A stretch of DNA of 64,000 nucleotides from an uncultured Methanosarcinales archaeon. GTDB lineage: Archaea > Nanobdellota > Nanobdellia > Woesearchaeales > UBA583. A program made the translations under genes and the position numbers. Positions 1-10,265 of this stretch are shown in pieces. The stretch spans positions 91,617 through 155,616 of the forward strand of contig CAYGPK010000003.1 of the NCBI GenBank assembly GCA_964351975.1, given 5' to 3'. How positions within the stretch are numbered: position 1 is the stretch's first letter; every line of letters begins with the position of its first letter. The notes beneath the pieces were generated by a model. It worked only from the letters and a program-made list of their open reading frames with translations. It was not told where the DNA came from and did no database searches.

Positions 1-74
1 TCTTCAACATATGGTAACATTATTTTTTGTAATGGTACTAATTCAATATTAGGGTTATATTTATCTAAAGCCAT
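1..74 (-). CDS. partial CDS (first 24 codons; continues past window start)
   Basis: ATG at 74-72 on the minus strand is open to position 1 (MALDKYNPNIELVPLQKIMLPYVE...). It lies 2 nt downstream of the stop of 77..1366. No recognisable motif. Confidence 0.3.
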   Translation of the reverse strand, partial: MALDKYNPNIELVPLQKIMLPYVE

Positions 75-76
75 TT

Positions 77-1366
77 TTAAGTATAATAGTTTTTAACTGG
101 ATAACCTCCTTTAGTTGTAGTATTATCTGGACTAATTATCCATTTGTTTCTTGAAGCAAATTTGTATTCTAACTTACATAAATTATTTTCATTCACAATC
201 AAATAATAAGGACCACCATTAATAGAGTGATAAAATTTCAGACTTATAGATTTAATGTCTGCATCTTTTGAACATTGTTGATTAGCTTTAAACCAGAAAC
301 TATAAGGATCGCATCTAACTCTTGCATCATATGAAAAATCATAATTCTCTTCAATTTCATTTGTTGAATATCTCGTGGTATTTTGGTATGAATAACATTG
401 GTGATTTGCTTCAAACATGTATAGACCTATTTTATTACCTTCAAGAGTATACTTTTCATCTCCAGGTATAATAATAGAGACAAATTGTGTTAAAAATAGT
501 ATACAAACAAATGTCCACCCAAAAATCGATTTTTTATCTAATGGAACTTTAGATTGTTTATAAAATGGACCAAATAAAACCAAAAGAGATAAAAGAGCAG
601 TTGAAGGATACCTGTATTTAACTAATATCCCTGAATATAAGTGGAATAATACAAAAAATGCAAATGATGATTTTTGTAATAATTTTTTTGATGAAAGTAA
701 AAACCAAGACCCAATAACTTCCATAAATATTACAAAATTTGTAATTAATGGAATTAAATAGTTTGAAAATATAGGTAATCCATTTTGTAATGTGCTAAAA
801 TATGTACCTAGAACCCAAGTTTCATGGAATTTGACAGTAGTTGATAAGAAATACAATAATACAAATTGAACTTTTAGAAAAAATTCTTTATGTGGGAAAA
901 ATAAAAGAGTAGTTAATAAAACAATATGATAATAATCATAATTTCCAACATTACTATATGTTAAAAAAAACATAACAAAAACTTTCCATAAATAAAGAAT
1001 TAATATAATTAAATGTGCCGATATCCAATTTTTTTTATATATGGAGTAAACACATAGTAACATTAATGCAAATAAACCCATATAAAATGTAGTTTGGGAA
1101 TAATTGTTTGGTAGAGAATCAAAGAAATACAACTTCCCACAATCTAAAAAATATGGCCAACAAACATTAGAGTTAGATTCGTATGCTGTAACAGTTATAA
1201 AATCTCCAGCTGTCCAATAGGCAAAATTTAAGTAAAAAGCAAATAATAAGACACCTAACATCCACTTTAGGAGTAATGATGTCTCAATCTCTTTAATGCT
1301 AAAAGCATTTTCATATTTTAATTTAATTATTTTAAGATTTATTTTTCTAATTAAATTAAAGTTCAT
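77..1366 (-). CDS. polytopic membrane protein, HTTM (vitamin-K gamma-carboxylase-like) domain candidate plus C-terminal soluble Cys-containing domain
   Basis: 429 aa. The first ~290 aa form many TM helices in an HTTM-like layout. The C-terminal ~130 aa are hydrophilic with several Cys. Family call is from memory and not searched. Confidence 0.4.
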   Translation of the reverse strand: MNFNLIRKINLKIIKLKYENAFSIKEIETSLLLKWMLGVLLFAFYLNFAYWTAGDFITVTAYESNSNVCWPYFLDCGKLYFFDSLPNNYSQTTFYMGLFALMLLCVYSIYKKNWISAHLIILILYLWKVFVMFFLTYSNVGNYDYYHIVLLTTLLFFPHKEFFLKVQFVLLYFLSTTVKFHETWVLGTYFSTLQNGLPIFSNYLIPLITNFVIFMEVIGSWFLLSSKKLLQKSSFAFFVLFHLYSGILVKYRYPSTALLSLLVLFGPFYKQSKVPLDKKSIFGWTFVCILFLTQFVSIIIPGDEKYTLEGNKIGLYMFEANHQCYSYQNTTRYSTNEIEENYDFSYDARVRCDPYSFWFKANQQCSKDADIKSISLKFYHSINGGPYYLIVNENNLCKLEYKFASRNKWIISPDNTTTKGGYPVKNYYT

Positions 1367-1452
1367 ATTAATTTATTTCATTTTGATTTTTTAATAGTTT
1401 TATTTTACTAGAGAATAACAAAGTTTAAAAAATTAAAAAATAATTTATATAT

Positions 1453-2196
1453 ATGAATAAATTTAAATTAGTTTTATTTATTACTTTTTTACTAGTTTTA
1501 ATTTCAACTATCTCATTACTATATAATTTTTATTTCGTAGATGATTTTGAAGTTAATTTAGATTTAAATAAAGATTATGACAACCCTATGTTAATTGAAG
1601 AGAATTCTGATAATTTATATTCTTTACTTCTTTTTGCAAACAATATTGGATCGTTAAAAGTAGTTCAGGAAGAAAAAAAGTTAATTTTTCTTACAACTTC
1701 TAGAGAAGAAGTATATGATATAATCTCTAAAAGATATTCAGTATCTCCTAATAAAGTAAGATTATTTACTAGATATTCAGTATTTGTTGGAGAAAATGAA
1801 TTAAGAATAAATTTAAAGGTTAATGAAAATAATTTATCAATTAGTTATTTTAATTCAACTGTTAATGATTCATTTTACATTGAAGATAAAAGTTATAACA
1901 AATTAATTTTAGAATTAAAATCGAGGTTTAGTACTTTAAGTGAAGATAAGATTTTATCTATATTAAGAATAGAATATGATGATCCAACAATTGAACAATA
2001 TGAAATTAGTTTAATAGAAAATGAAATTAATACAACTGGAATTTTAAGAAAAGTAATCTATAGGGATTTGGATAATCAAGGAATATATGAGAATCAAAGT
2101 GAAGTAATAGATAGACTGTATGCTAGGGCTTCTAATAAAACTAATTTTACAATAGATGAATTAACTGAAAATGAAAGAATAACATATTTAGATTAA
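1453..2196 (+). CDS. hypothetical protein with N-terminal signal anchor
   Basis: 247-aa ORF with an N-terminal hydrophobic helix (LVLFITFLLVLISTISLL). No catalytic motif recognised. Confidence 0.5.
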   Translation: MNKFKLVLFITFLLVLISTISLLYNFYFVDDFEVNLDLNKDYDNPMLIEENSDNLYSLLLFANNIGSLKVVQEEKKLIFLTTSREEVYDIISKRYSVSPNKVRLFTRYSVFVGENELRINLKVNENNLSISYFNSTVNDSFYIEDKSYNKLILELKSRFSTLSEDKILSILRIEYDDPTIEQYEISLIENEINTTGILRKVIYRDLDNQGIYENQSEVIDRLYARASNKTNFTIDELTENERITYLD

Positions 2197-2247
2197 TTTT
2201 TTTATTACTAATGATTATTTAGTCACCCCTGTCAATAATTAACTAAA

Positions 2248-2255
2248 TTTATATA
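2248..2255 (+). promoter_or_regulatory. TATA box (TTTATATA) for corA
   Basis: Ends 22 nt before ATG 2277. Confidence 0.55.
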
Positions 2256-2276
2256 TTCAAAATTATCAATTAACCT

Positions 2277-3347
2277 ATGTTATTCAAAAAGGCGCCGCCT
2301 AAAACTCCGGGTTTATCACCTGGTTCATTAGTTTATACAGGTACAAACGATGCTAAAGCATCTTTATTTGAGTTAATAGAATACGATACAACTGGAAGTA
2401 ATCAAACTTCTAATTTAAATATTTCACAAGTAATTGAAAAAGCTAAACAATCAACTAAAGCTGTTAAGTGGATTAACCTAGTTGGATTAAACGATATAGA
2501 TTCTATTAAAATTTTAGGGGATTTTCTAGAACTTGATAGTTTAATATTAGAAGATATTTTAAATATTAATCAAAGACCAAAAATTGAGTTTTCAGAAAAA
2601 CATATTTATGCTGTTCTTAGAATGTATTTCTATAATAAAGAAAAAGATATTCATAGTGAACAAGTAAGTATTGTAATTAAAGATAATATATTAGTTACAT
2701 TTCAAGAAGATAGTGAAGATATATTTGACCCTATTAGAAATAGAATTAAAAATCCTGAAAATATCTTAATTAAACAAAGAGAAACAGACTATTTATTATA
2801 CGCTATTTTAGATGTTATTGTTGATCACTATCTTATTGTTTTAGATAGAGAAAGTGAAAATATAGATAGAATTGAGCAAGAATTAAATTCTCCTGAAGTT
2901 AACAAAAAAACTGCAATAGAAATTTACTCAATGAGACAAAAGACTTCTATTTTTAGAAAAAAAGTGATTCCTGTTCGTGAACTTGTTAATTCAATTCAGA
3001 AATCAGATTCTAAAAAAATTAAAAAAGAGACCCATAAGTTTTTCAATGATTTGTACGATCATGCAATTGTTGTTAATGAAACTTTAGAGTCTCAAAGAGA
3101 AGCACTCTCGGATCACCTTGCACTTTATCATACTCATATGAATAATAGAATGAATGAGACTATGAAAGTTTTAACAGTTATTGCAACTATTTTTATTCCG
3201 TTATCATTTCTAGTTGGACTTTATGGTATGAACTTTAATTATATGCCAGAGTTATCTTGGAGATACGGCTATCATATGGTTTGGGCAATTATTATTTTAG
3301 TATCAGGTTCAATGGTTGTTTATTTCAAAAGAAGAGGGTGGATTTAA
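2277..3347 (+). CDS. corA: CorA-family Mg2+/Co2+ transporter
   Basis: C-terminal two TM helices carry the signature YGMNFNYMPE (GMN motif). Length of 356 aa is typical. A TATA box lies 22 nt upstream. Confidence 0.9.
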   Translation: MLFKKAPPKTPGLSPGSLVYTGTNDAKASLFELIEYDTTGSNQTSNLNISQVIEKAKQSTKAVKWINLVGLNDIDSIKILGDFLELDSLILEDILNINQRPKIEFSEKHIYAVLRMYFYNKEKDIHSEQVSIVIKDNILVTFQEDSEDIFDPIRNRIKNPENILIKQRETDYLLYAILDVIVDHYLIVLDRESENIDRIEQELNSPEVNKKTAIEIYSMRQKTSIFRKKVIPVRELVNSIQKSDSKKIKKETHKFFNDLYDHAIVVNETLESQREALSDHLALYHTHMNNRMNETMKVLTVIATIFIPLSFLVGLYGMNFNYMPELSWRYGYHMVWAIIILVSGSMVVYFKRRGWI

Positions 3348-4367
3348 ATGTTAATTCAATTAATTATTCTACTTGTTTCATTTTTTGTTTTAGTTAAATG
3401 TGCGGATTATTTTGTTGAGGCATCATCATCAATTGCAAAAAGACTTGGTGTTTCAGATTTTATAATTGGACTTACGCTTGTTGCAATAGGAACTTCAATT
3501 CCAGAACTAGCATCATCAATTACCGCTGCTCTTTCTGGTTCAGGTTCACTTGTTATTGGAAACATTATAGGTTCAAACATTGCAAATATTGCTCTTGTTA
3601 TTGGAATTAGTGCATTTCTACTTCCTATAAAGAAAATGAAAATGGAGGCTGATTTAGATGGTATAATTCTACTTTTTATTACTGTACTATTTGTATTTGC
3701 TCTTAGTGATTTTGTTTTAGTATTTTATGAAGGAGTAATTTTAGTAGTTTTATATTTTATTTATTTATTGTTTTTATATGAGAGCAGTAAAGATAATTCT
3801 GAGACTAAAAAAACTGTTCGAGGTTTTGTAAATTTTGTTTTTCTTTTTGGATATTTAAATAGTTTCAAAAAACTTTTAGCAAATAAAAAAGATAAAATTA
3901 GTGATGAGACTGTTCTTACAAGGCAAACCATAAAAGATACTTTAATTGTAATAGCTTCACTTGTTGGAATTGTTATAGGAGCAAAGTATTTAATTGCAAA
4001 TGCACTTTTTTTTGGAAGACTTTTAAATATCTCTGAGGCATTTATTGGTTTATCTTTAATTGCACTTGGAACATCATTACCTGAGTTATCAGTTACAATA
4101 TCCGCTGTTAAAAAAGGCTATAGTGGAATTGCTGTAGGAAATATTATAGGTTCAAACATTGCAAATATACTATTAGTTGGTGGAGCATCAGCTCTTATTA
4201 CAAATATCTCATCTTTGAGAAATGAGTTATTTATTATGATTGGGTTTTTATTACTTACAACAATTTTATTTATTTCACTTTTAAGATTTAGAGGAATATC
4301 AAGATTAGGTGGTGCATTATTTATCTTACTTTATGTATTGTTTATAGCATTCTCATATTTTGCTTAA
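3348..4367 (+). CDS. Ca2+/cation antiporter (CaCA/YrbG family)
   Basis: Two alpha-repeats GNIIGSNIANI (N- and C-terminal halves), ~10 TM helices. The start abuts the corA stop. Confidence 0.85.
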   Translation: MLIQLIILLVSFFVLVKCADYFVEASSSIAKRLGVSDFIIGLTLVAIGTSIPELASSITAALSGSGSLVIGNIIGSNIANIALVIGISAFLLPIKKMKMEADLDGIILLFITVLFVFALSDFVLVFYEGVILVVLYFIYLLFLYESSKDNSETKKTVRGFVNFVFLFGYLNSFKKLLANKKDKISDETVLTRQTIKDTLIVIASLVGIVIGAKYLIANALFFGRLLNISEAFIGLSLIALGTSLPELSVTISAVKKGYSGIAVGNIIGSNIANILLVGGASALITNISSLRNELFIMIGFLLLTTILFISLLRFRGISRLGGALFILLYVLFIAFSYFA

Positions 4368-4417
4368 TACTGATAAAAAATAAATAAAGTTATAAATAAT
4401 AAAATTATTAATAAAAT

Positions 4418-4819
4418 ATGTTTAAGATAAAAAACAGTACAAAAATCACAAATAAGATTTTAAGAATTGGACTTGGAGCTACAGTTTTGTGGTTTGGAGT
4501 TGCTCAATTAATTGCCCCAAATGATTGGATTGGTTATTTACCTGTTTGGGCTTTTAATTTGAGTTTTATATCAACTACAACTTTAGTTTATATGAATGCT
4601 GTATTTGAGAGTTTAACTTCTTTATTTCTAATATTTAATCAGTATACAAAATTTTTTTCAATACTATTGTCATTACATATGTTATTTATCATATTTCATT
4701 TAGGATACAATGATATTGCAATTAGAGATTTTGGAATATTTGTAGGATTTTTTGCACTTGTGTTTGTTTCTGAGAATAAAGGTCTACTTGATAATTTAAT
4801 TAGAAAAATTAGAAATTAA
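4418..4819 (+). CDS. small 4-TM membrane protein (DoxX-like, tentative)
   Basis: 133 aa with four hydrophobic segments. Family assignment is weak. Confidence 0.4.
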   Translation: MFKIKNSTKITNKILRIGLGATVLWFGVAQLIAPNDWIGYLPVWAFNLSFISTTTLVYMNAVFESLTSLFLIFNQYTKFFSILLSLHMLFIIFHLGYNDIAIRDFGIFVGFFALVFVSENKGLLDNLIRKIRN

Positions 4820-4842
4820 TTATTTATATTTTTATTCATACT

Positions 4843-5322
4843 TTATTCTGATACAATTAATTTTCCAACCATTCCAGCAGCTCTATGACTACCAACACTA
4901 CAATAATATTCAAATTCTCCAGCTTCTGTTACTGTAAATTCTACTTCTGTAGTTTCACCAGTTTTAATAATTGGAGTTCTAGCATTTAATTCATCAATAA
5001 CAAAGTCGTGATTTCCACCAGTATTTGTCATAATTACTTTTACAGTTTGTCCAACTTTTGCTTTAATTTCAGTTTGTGAATATCCAAAACTAAATGCATC
5101 TAATTCAACTACTAAAACATCAGCATCACTAGAATCAGTTGGAGTAGTAGTTTCATCAACTGGTAAGCTTTCAGTTTCCTGAATTTCTACTTCTTGAACA
5201 TTTTCATTTCCTGGAACTGGAACTTCATTTGTCACAACTTTACTATCAGTTGTTTCAGGTGCACTGCAACCTGCCATTAATACTGTTATAATTAATAATA
5301 GAAAAATTAATATTTTTTTCAT
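4843..5322 (-). CDS. type-1 copper (cupredoxin/plastocyanin-like) lipoprotein
   Basis: Signal peptide with lipobox LMAGC. C-terminal Cu ligand pattern HDF ... YYCSVGSHRAAGM (His, Cys, His, Met). Confidence 0.8.
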   Translation of the reverse strand: MKKILIFLLLIITVLMAGCSAPETTDSKVVTNEVPVPGNENVQEVEIQETESLPVDETTTPTDSSDADVLVVELDAFSFGYSQTEIKAKVGQTVKVIMTNTGGNHDFVIDELNARTPIIKTGETTEVEFTVTEAGEFEYYCSVGSHRAAGMVGKLIVSE

Positions 5323-5459
5323 GTAATAGGATTTATTCTATTTGTTATATAAATTTTATTTTTAACTTTAAGTTAAACAGAGGTTTTATTTATTTGTTTC
5401 ATTCTTGTATCTTTTTTTTAAAACAAATGTTTAAATATAAAAAGTTCGTATAATACTTT

Positions 5460-6275
5460 ATGGATTTAATTATACCTCTTAAAAAAGTTGAAACAGAATT
5501 GAAATTAAGAGGATTTTCTAAACAAACTTTAAAGATGTATTTACTTTATAACAAACAATTTCTAGAATTTACAAAAAAGGATGCAAAAGAAATTGAAGAA
5601 GATGATGTTAAATTATTTATTGCTCAAAAAATGGAAGATGGTCTTAATGCAAAATCAATTGGTCTTATCAAAGCAGCATTGATTTTTCATTTTAATGAAA
5701 TATTAGGAAATAAATTTGAGATTAAAACACCAAAGATAAAAAAATCAACTCCAGTTGTTTTAACTAAGGATGAGATTAATAAATTGTTTAAGGCAATAAA
5801 GAATCCTAGATACGTTTTAATGATGAAGCTTTATTATGGTAGTGGTTTTCGTTTATCTGAGGCTATAAATTTAAAAGTTAAAAATATAGATTTTAATGAG
5901 AATGTTATTTGGGTTCGTGATGGTAAAGGTGGTAAAGATAGAATGAGTATACTCTCTGATGAGATGTCAAATAAATTAAGAGAATTTTGTCAGTACAAAA
6001 ATAAAGATGATTTTGTTTTTACAAATAAAAAAGGAGATCCTCTTTCACCAAGAACTGTTCAAAAGATAATTGAGAAAGCAAAAATTACTTGCAATTTAAA
6101 TAAAGATGTTCATATACACACATTAAGACATTCTTTTGCAACTCATCTTTTAGAGGCTGGAGTTGATATTAGAAAAATACAAGAACTGCTTGGGCATAGT
6201 GACCTTTCAACAACTCAAATTTATACTAAAGTTTCTAATGAAGAACTTAAGAAAGTTAAGAGTCCACTGGATTAA
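5460..6275 (+). CDS. xerA: tyrosine recombinase XerA/XerC-D type
   Basis: Motifs GFRLSEAINL (Arg I), HTLRHSFATHLLEAG (HxxR), LLGHSDLSTTQIYT (catalytic Tyr). Confidence 0.9.
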   Translation: MDLIIPLKKVETELKLRGFSKQTLKMYLLYNKQFLEFTKKDAKEIEEDDVKLFIAQKMEDGLNAKSIGLIKAALIFHFNEILGNKFEIKTPKIKKSTPVVLTKDEINKLFKAIKNPRYVLMMKLYYGSGFRLSEAINLKVKNIDFNENVIWVRDGKGGKDRMSILSDEMSNKLREFCQYKNKDDFVFTNKKGDPLSPRTVQKIIEKAKITCNLNKDVHIHTLRHSFATHLLEAGVDIRKIQELLGHSDLSTTQIYTKVSNEELKKVKSPLD

Positions 6276-6331
6276 TTTTTATTTATTGAAATAGCTTTAA
6301 AAAGAGAATTTGATTTTCTTAAATTAGAAAG

Positions 6332-6832
6332 ATGAATGAATTAGTTTTAAGACAATCAGATGGATTAATAAGAGGTTTATTTAGTAAATTATCTCAATAT
6401 ATTAATTCTTTTTCTGCAAATCATGGACAAGAAATTGATATGCTAAGATTTTCTGATTTTTTAAGAGTAAAAGGATATGAAGATCAATTTATGGCAACTG
6501 CTAATATCTTAGATTCTTATTGTGATTTTTTTGATTCTCAAAAGTTACCTGAGAATTATAGAGTATATTCTTATCAAAGAATTTTTTCAAGTTCAGGTAA
6601 AGAGAAAGAGGATTTTTTACTTTTGTCTTTTTTGTTAGATAATGAAGCTAAAAAAGCATTACTTAAAGTTTCAGAAACAGGTAGACTTCCAAGATGGTCT
6701 ACACAATATAATCCCAATACAAAAAAAGGAACTAGATTAGAGTTTAGATGTTTACCAGATGATGTTTCTTATGAAGATGAAATAAGAAGAATAGGGCATA
6801 CTTTAGAATCAGCTTATGTACAACTTAAATAA
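6332..6832 (+). CDS. hypothetical protein
   Basis: 166-aa ORF with coding-like composition and no recognised motif. Confidence 0.45.
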   Translation: MNELVLRQSDGLIRGLFSKLSQYINSFSANHGQEIDMLRFSDFLRVKGYEDQFMATANILDSYCDFFDSQKLPENYRVYSYQRIFSSSGKEKEDFLLLSFLLDNEAKKALLKVSETGRLPRWSTQYNPNTKKGTRLEFRCLPDDVSYEDEIRRIGHTLESAYVQLK

Positions 6833-6918
6833 CAAAACTATATGAGGCACTTCGTTTTACTTCGTTCTTTTATTTTTTGATAACAAAACTATATAAATAT
6901 TTAATTCTTTAATTTAAT

Positions 6919-8280
6919 ATGGATTTGTCAAGTTTTGGTGTAGAGGGGAAAAAAGGTCTTTCAGCTGTTGTTGATAAAAATTTAGATTTTAATACTGATA
7001 ACTTTGACGAACAATTTAAAACAGAAGATATAGAGAGATTTCTTCCTTGGTTTTTAAAGTATAAAGTTGAGAAATTTGATGATTTGATTGTAACTTCTGA
7101 GATAAAAAAATTAATAGATTTCATTGAGAATTTTAAACAGGGTAAGGGTTTACTTTTGGCAGGTGCACCAGGTTCAGGAAAGACTACAACACTAAATTTA
7201 ATTGGTGAGAAATATGAGTATGAGATTTTTGAGATGAACGCGTCTGATACTAGAAATAAGAAATCAATAATTCAAAGTGTTGGTGACTCTATTAAACAAA
7301 AGTCTCTTTTTGCAAAGAACAAGTTAATTTTAATTGATGAAGTTGATGGTGTATCTGGTCGTGACGATCGTGGTGGTGTTGCTGAACTTTCAAAGATTGT
7401 TAAAGAGAGTATTTACCCAGTTGTATTTACAGCAAATGATAAAGAATCTGATAAGATTAAAACTCTTAAGAAAGTTTGTACGTACATTGATTTTGAGAAT
7501 CATTCTAAAGAACTACTTTTGAATTTGGCAAAGAAAATTTTTACAAATGAAAAAATTAAATTTAATGAGAAAGATTTGAATGAATTTATTGAAATGAGAA
7601 ATTCAACTGATATTCGTGGATTTATCAACGATTTGCAGGCTTGTGTTTTTGAGAGTAATTTTTCAATTGATACAGAACTTGAGGTTCGTGATTATAAAAA
7701 AAAGATAGAAGGACTTATGGATAAAGTTTATTATTCTTATCCTGAGGATTCATATAAAGGTGGATTTAATACAGATATTAATTTAGATGATTTGTTTTTG
7801 TATTTAGAGGAAAATACTCCAAATATTTATTCTAAAGTTGCGCTTGTTAATGCTTTTAATGAGATTTCAAAAGCTGATGTTTACAGAGGAAAAATAATGA
7901 AATGGCAACACTGGAGATTTTTAGTTTACGTTAACTTTTATTTAACATTTGGAGTATCAAATGCGAAAGGGGAAAGTGAAGTTCGAAATGTGAAAGGAGA
8001 TAGTAAATACAAGAGAAATAATAGAATACTTATGAAATGGATTTATGGAAATAAAGTTAATGCAATTAATCCACGAACTAGAGTTCAAAAGAACAATGGA
8101 GAAGATCCTAAATTTATTGAAAAACTTGCAAAATTATATGGACGTAGTGCAAAGCGAACAAGGTCAGAAGATTTGAGATACTTTGCATTTATCTATAATA
8201 ATGATTCTGAGTTTAAGAAAGATTTAGATGAGAGATTAAATATTGATGATTCTGTTAAAAAAGCATTACTTGAGGTTTAG
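6919..8280 (+). CDS. rfcL: replication factor C large subunit
   Basis: AAA+ clamp-loader motifs LLLAGAPGSGKTTT (Walker A) and LILIDEVDG (Walker B), with an archaeal RFC-L length and C-terminal region. Confidence 0.85.
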   Translation: MDLSSFGVEGKKGLSAVVDKNLDFNTDNFDEQFKTEDIERFLPWFLKYKVEKFDDLIVTSEIKKLIDFIENFKQGKGLLLAGAPGSGKTTTLNLIGEKYEYEIFEMNASDTRNKKSIIQSVGDSIKQKSLFAKNKLILIDEVDGVSGRDDRGGVAELSKIVKESIYPVVFTANDKESDKIKTLKKVCTYIDFENHSKELLLNLAKKIFTNEKIKFNEKDLNEFIEMRNSTDIRGFINDLQACVFESNFSIDTELEVRDYKKKIEGLMDKVYYSYPEDSYKGGFNTDINLDDLFLYLEENTPNIYSKVALVNAFNEISKADVYRGKIMKWQHWRFLVYVNFYLTFGVSNAKGESEVRNVKGDSKYKRNNRILMKWIYGNKVNAINPRTRVQKNNGEDPKFIEKLAKLYGRSAKRTRSEDLRYFAFIYNNDSEFKKDLDERLNIDDSVKKALLEV

Positions 8281-8310
8281 GACTAAAGAGTAGTGAAGTC
8301 ATAAGATAAA

Positions 8311-8318
8311 TTTATAAA
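8311..8318 (+). promoter_or_regulatory. TATA box (TTTATAAA)
   Basis: Ends 22 nt before ATG 8340. Confidence 0.55.
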
Positions 8319-8339
8319 TGCTAACTTTTTTAAATATTA

Positions 8340-9110
8340 ATGGACGTTATAAATACTTACAAAGGTCTTCCTACACATGCTGTAGGGAATTTACAAACAA
8401 GAGTTAAGGCACTTGGACAAGATGTTTCAAAAGTAGCTTTTACAGATATTTTTGCTCAATTAAAATCTAGAGGAAACCTAGATTTAGTAATGAGATTACC
8501 TAATGCACCCGGACAAGTTTTGTCAGCACAAATTTATTCTCATATAACTGGTGAAGATGGAAAAATTTCTTTAGCTGGAATTGAAGAGGGTTTAAGAGTT
8601 TATGGAGATGATTTTAGAAGGGATGAGAGAATGACAAATTCACATCCAGCAATTGAACTTCTTGAAGCTGCATATTCACTGAATATTCCACTTTTAGCTA
8701 GAAGATATGAATCAACAACATCAGATTTATTACAAAAATTTGCAGATACTTCTGATGTTTTATTATACAAACAATTAAATGCTCTTTTAGATGAGTTACA
8801 CAATGGAGATTTTCCTAATGGTTCTTTAGATGCTTTATTAAGAAATGAGATTACACTTTTTGATTTAAGAACTGAAGAAAAAAAAGTATCACAGATATTT
8901 AAACCAGAATTTAGTGAGAGATTAACTAAAGCATATACTGAAGCTTCAACAGGATTAAGATTTCCAGTTTCAGCAAATCCTTCAGGCTTAGTATTAGATA
9001 CTAACACTCTTAAGGACCCATTAAAAGTATCATTAACTCTATCTGAATCTGTTTCAGGTGGATTTAATGGAGATTATCAACCTGAGATTCCAGTTTTACC
9101 AGATAGATAA
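8340..9110 (+). CDS. hypothetical protein
   Basis: 256-aa ORF with a TATA box 22 nt upstream. No motif recognised. Confidence 0.5.
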   Translation: MDVINTYKGLPTHAVGNLQTRVKALGQDVSKVAFTDIFAQLKSRGNLDLVMRLPNAPGQVLSAQIYSHITGEDGKISLAGIEEGLRVYGDDFRRDERMTNSHPAIELLEAAYSLNIPLLARRYESTTSDLLQKFADTSDVLLYKQLNALLDELHNGDFPNGSLDALLRNEITLFDLRTEEKKVSQIFKPEFSERLTKAYTEASTGLRFPVSANPSGLVLDTNTLKDPLKVSLTLSESVSGGFNGDYQPEIPVLPDR

Positions 9111-9111
9111 T

Positions 9112-9119
9112 TTTATATA
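9112..9119 (+). promoter_or_regulatory. TATA box (TTTATATA)
   Basis: Ends 22 nt before ATG 9141. Confidence 0.55.
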
Positions 9120-9140
9120 ATTAATTAATTTTTAATTCTT

Positions 9141-10265
9141 ATGGCTCAAAAGATTATTATTAAAGACCCACTCTATAAACAAATTCTAGTTGATCCAAAA
9201 CATAAAAAAATTATAGATTCACCTCAGTTTCAAAGGCTTAGATATATTAAACAAACTTCGTTTGTTGATTTAGTTTATCCTAATGCAAATCATACAAGAT
9301 TCTCTCATAGTTTGGGTGCTTATCATTTAATGGGTAAAGCACTTGATAATGGATTAAATGAAGTATCTAAATCTCAAAGAGAAAATTTACTTCTTGCAGC
9401 GCTTTTACACGATGTTGGTCATGCTCCATTTTCACACGCTTGGGAAAAATTATTTCCACATTTTGATCATGAAAAAATGACTGTTGAAATTTTGAATAAA
9501 ATGAAGCTAAATGACGTATCTAAAATCATTCAAAAAAAAAGCCCATTTTGGCAGTTAATTTCATCATCAATTGACATTGATAAATTAGATTACATGGCAA
9601 GAGATTCTTATTTTGCAGGAGTTTCTTATGGTGTTTCAGAAGTTGATTTTATAATTTTACACACTTATGTTAAGGATAATAAAATTGTAATTAAACCTAG
9701 CGCTTTATCATCTGTTGAAGATTTAATTACACAAAGAGTTAACTTGTTTAAGACGGTTTATTTTCATAAAATTGCTGTAGAGTACGATTTTATTTTAAAG
9801 AAAATTTTTCAAAGAGTGTCTGAACTTTTGAAAGAAAAGAAGTGTGATGTTTACATTAATAAGAATTTACTTGCTTTTTTTGAGAAGAGAAATACATTTG
9901 AAAATCATCAAGCATTAAATGATGCAATCATTATTTCTCACATTACAGAATGGGTTGATTCAAAAGATAAAATATTAAGTGATTTGTGTAGTAGATTTAT
10001 GTCAAGAAAAAAGTTTAAAACTGTTAATATCAATTTAAAGAAAGTTGATATTAAAAAGATAAAAAAAGAAGTTTCTAAAAAATATGATTTGAATTATTAT
10101 TTTGATGTTATTAAACTTCCAATTACAATTTTACAAACTCCAATATATGTTGAAATTGATGGTAAGCTTAGAAAACTTGAAGAAGTATCTGAGTTAATTA
10201 AATTCTACAACACTCAGAACTGGGATGTAGAATTTGTAATTTATCCTAGAGATGTTGAAGTTTAA
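9141..10265 (+). CDS. HD-domain phosphohydrolase (dNTP triphosphohydrolase/SAMHD1-like)
   Basis: HTRFSHSLG ... LLHDVGHAPFSH ... DKLDYMARDSYFAGV, the metal-binding HD signature of the dGTPase-like family. Confidence 0.8.
   Translation: MAQKIIIKDPLYKQILVDPKHKKIIDSPQFQRLRYIKQTSFVDLVYPNANHTRFSHSLGAYHLMGKALDNGLNEVSKSQRENLLLAALLHDVGHAPFSHAWEKLFPHFDHEKMTVEILNKMKLNDVSKIIQKKSPFWQLISSSIDIDKLDYMARDSYFAGVSYGVSEVDFIILHTYVKDNKIVIKPSALSSVEDLITQRVNLFKTVYFHKIAVEYDFILKKIFQRVSELLKEKKCDVYINKNLLAFFEKRNTFENHQALNDAIIISHITEWVDSKDKILSDLCSRFMSRKKFKTVNINLKKVDIKKIKKEVSKKYDLNYYFDVIKLPITILQTPIYVEIDGKLRKLEEVSELIKFYNTQNWDVEFVIYPRDVEV

Noticed and set aside
6909-7124. Antisense or alternative-frame shadow ORFs listed in the track. 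They are 6909..7124, 7334..7522, 8600..9007, 10350..10829, 12529..12768, 12840..13037, 13339..13644, 13541..13777, 14080..14286, 16382..16621, 17744..17956, 18293..18565, 18404..18652, 19741..20046, 24997..25185, 25333..25539, 26837..27124, 29800..30117, 36099..36296, 40318..40509, 41300..41509, 41570..41782, 44838..45026, 50022..50204, 50045..50263, 57429..57758, 59062..59304, 59129..59311 and 61772..62020
   Set aside because: Each lies inside or opposite a longer ORF with clear family motifs. Each also has the F/L/S/I-rich low-complexity composition expected from reading AT-rich coding DNA out of frame.
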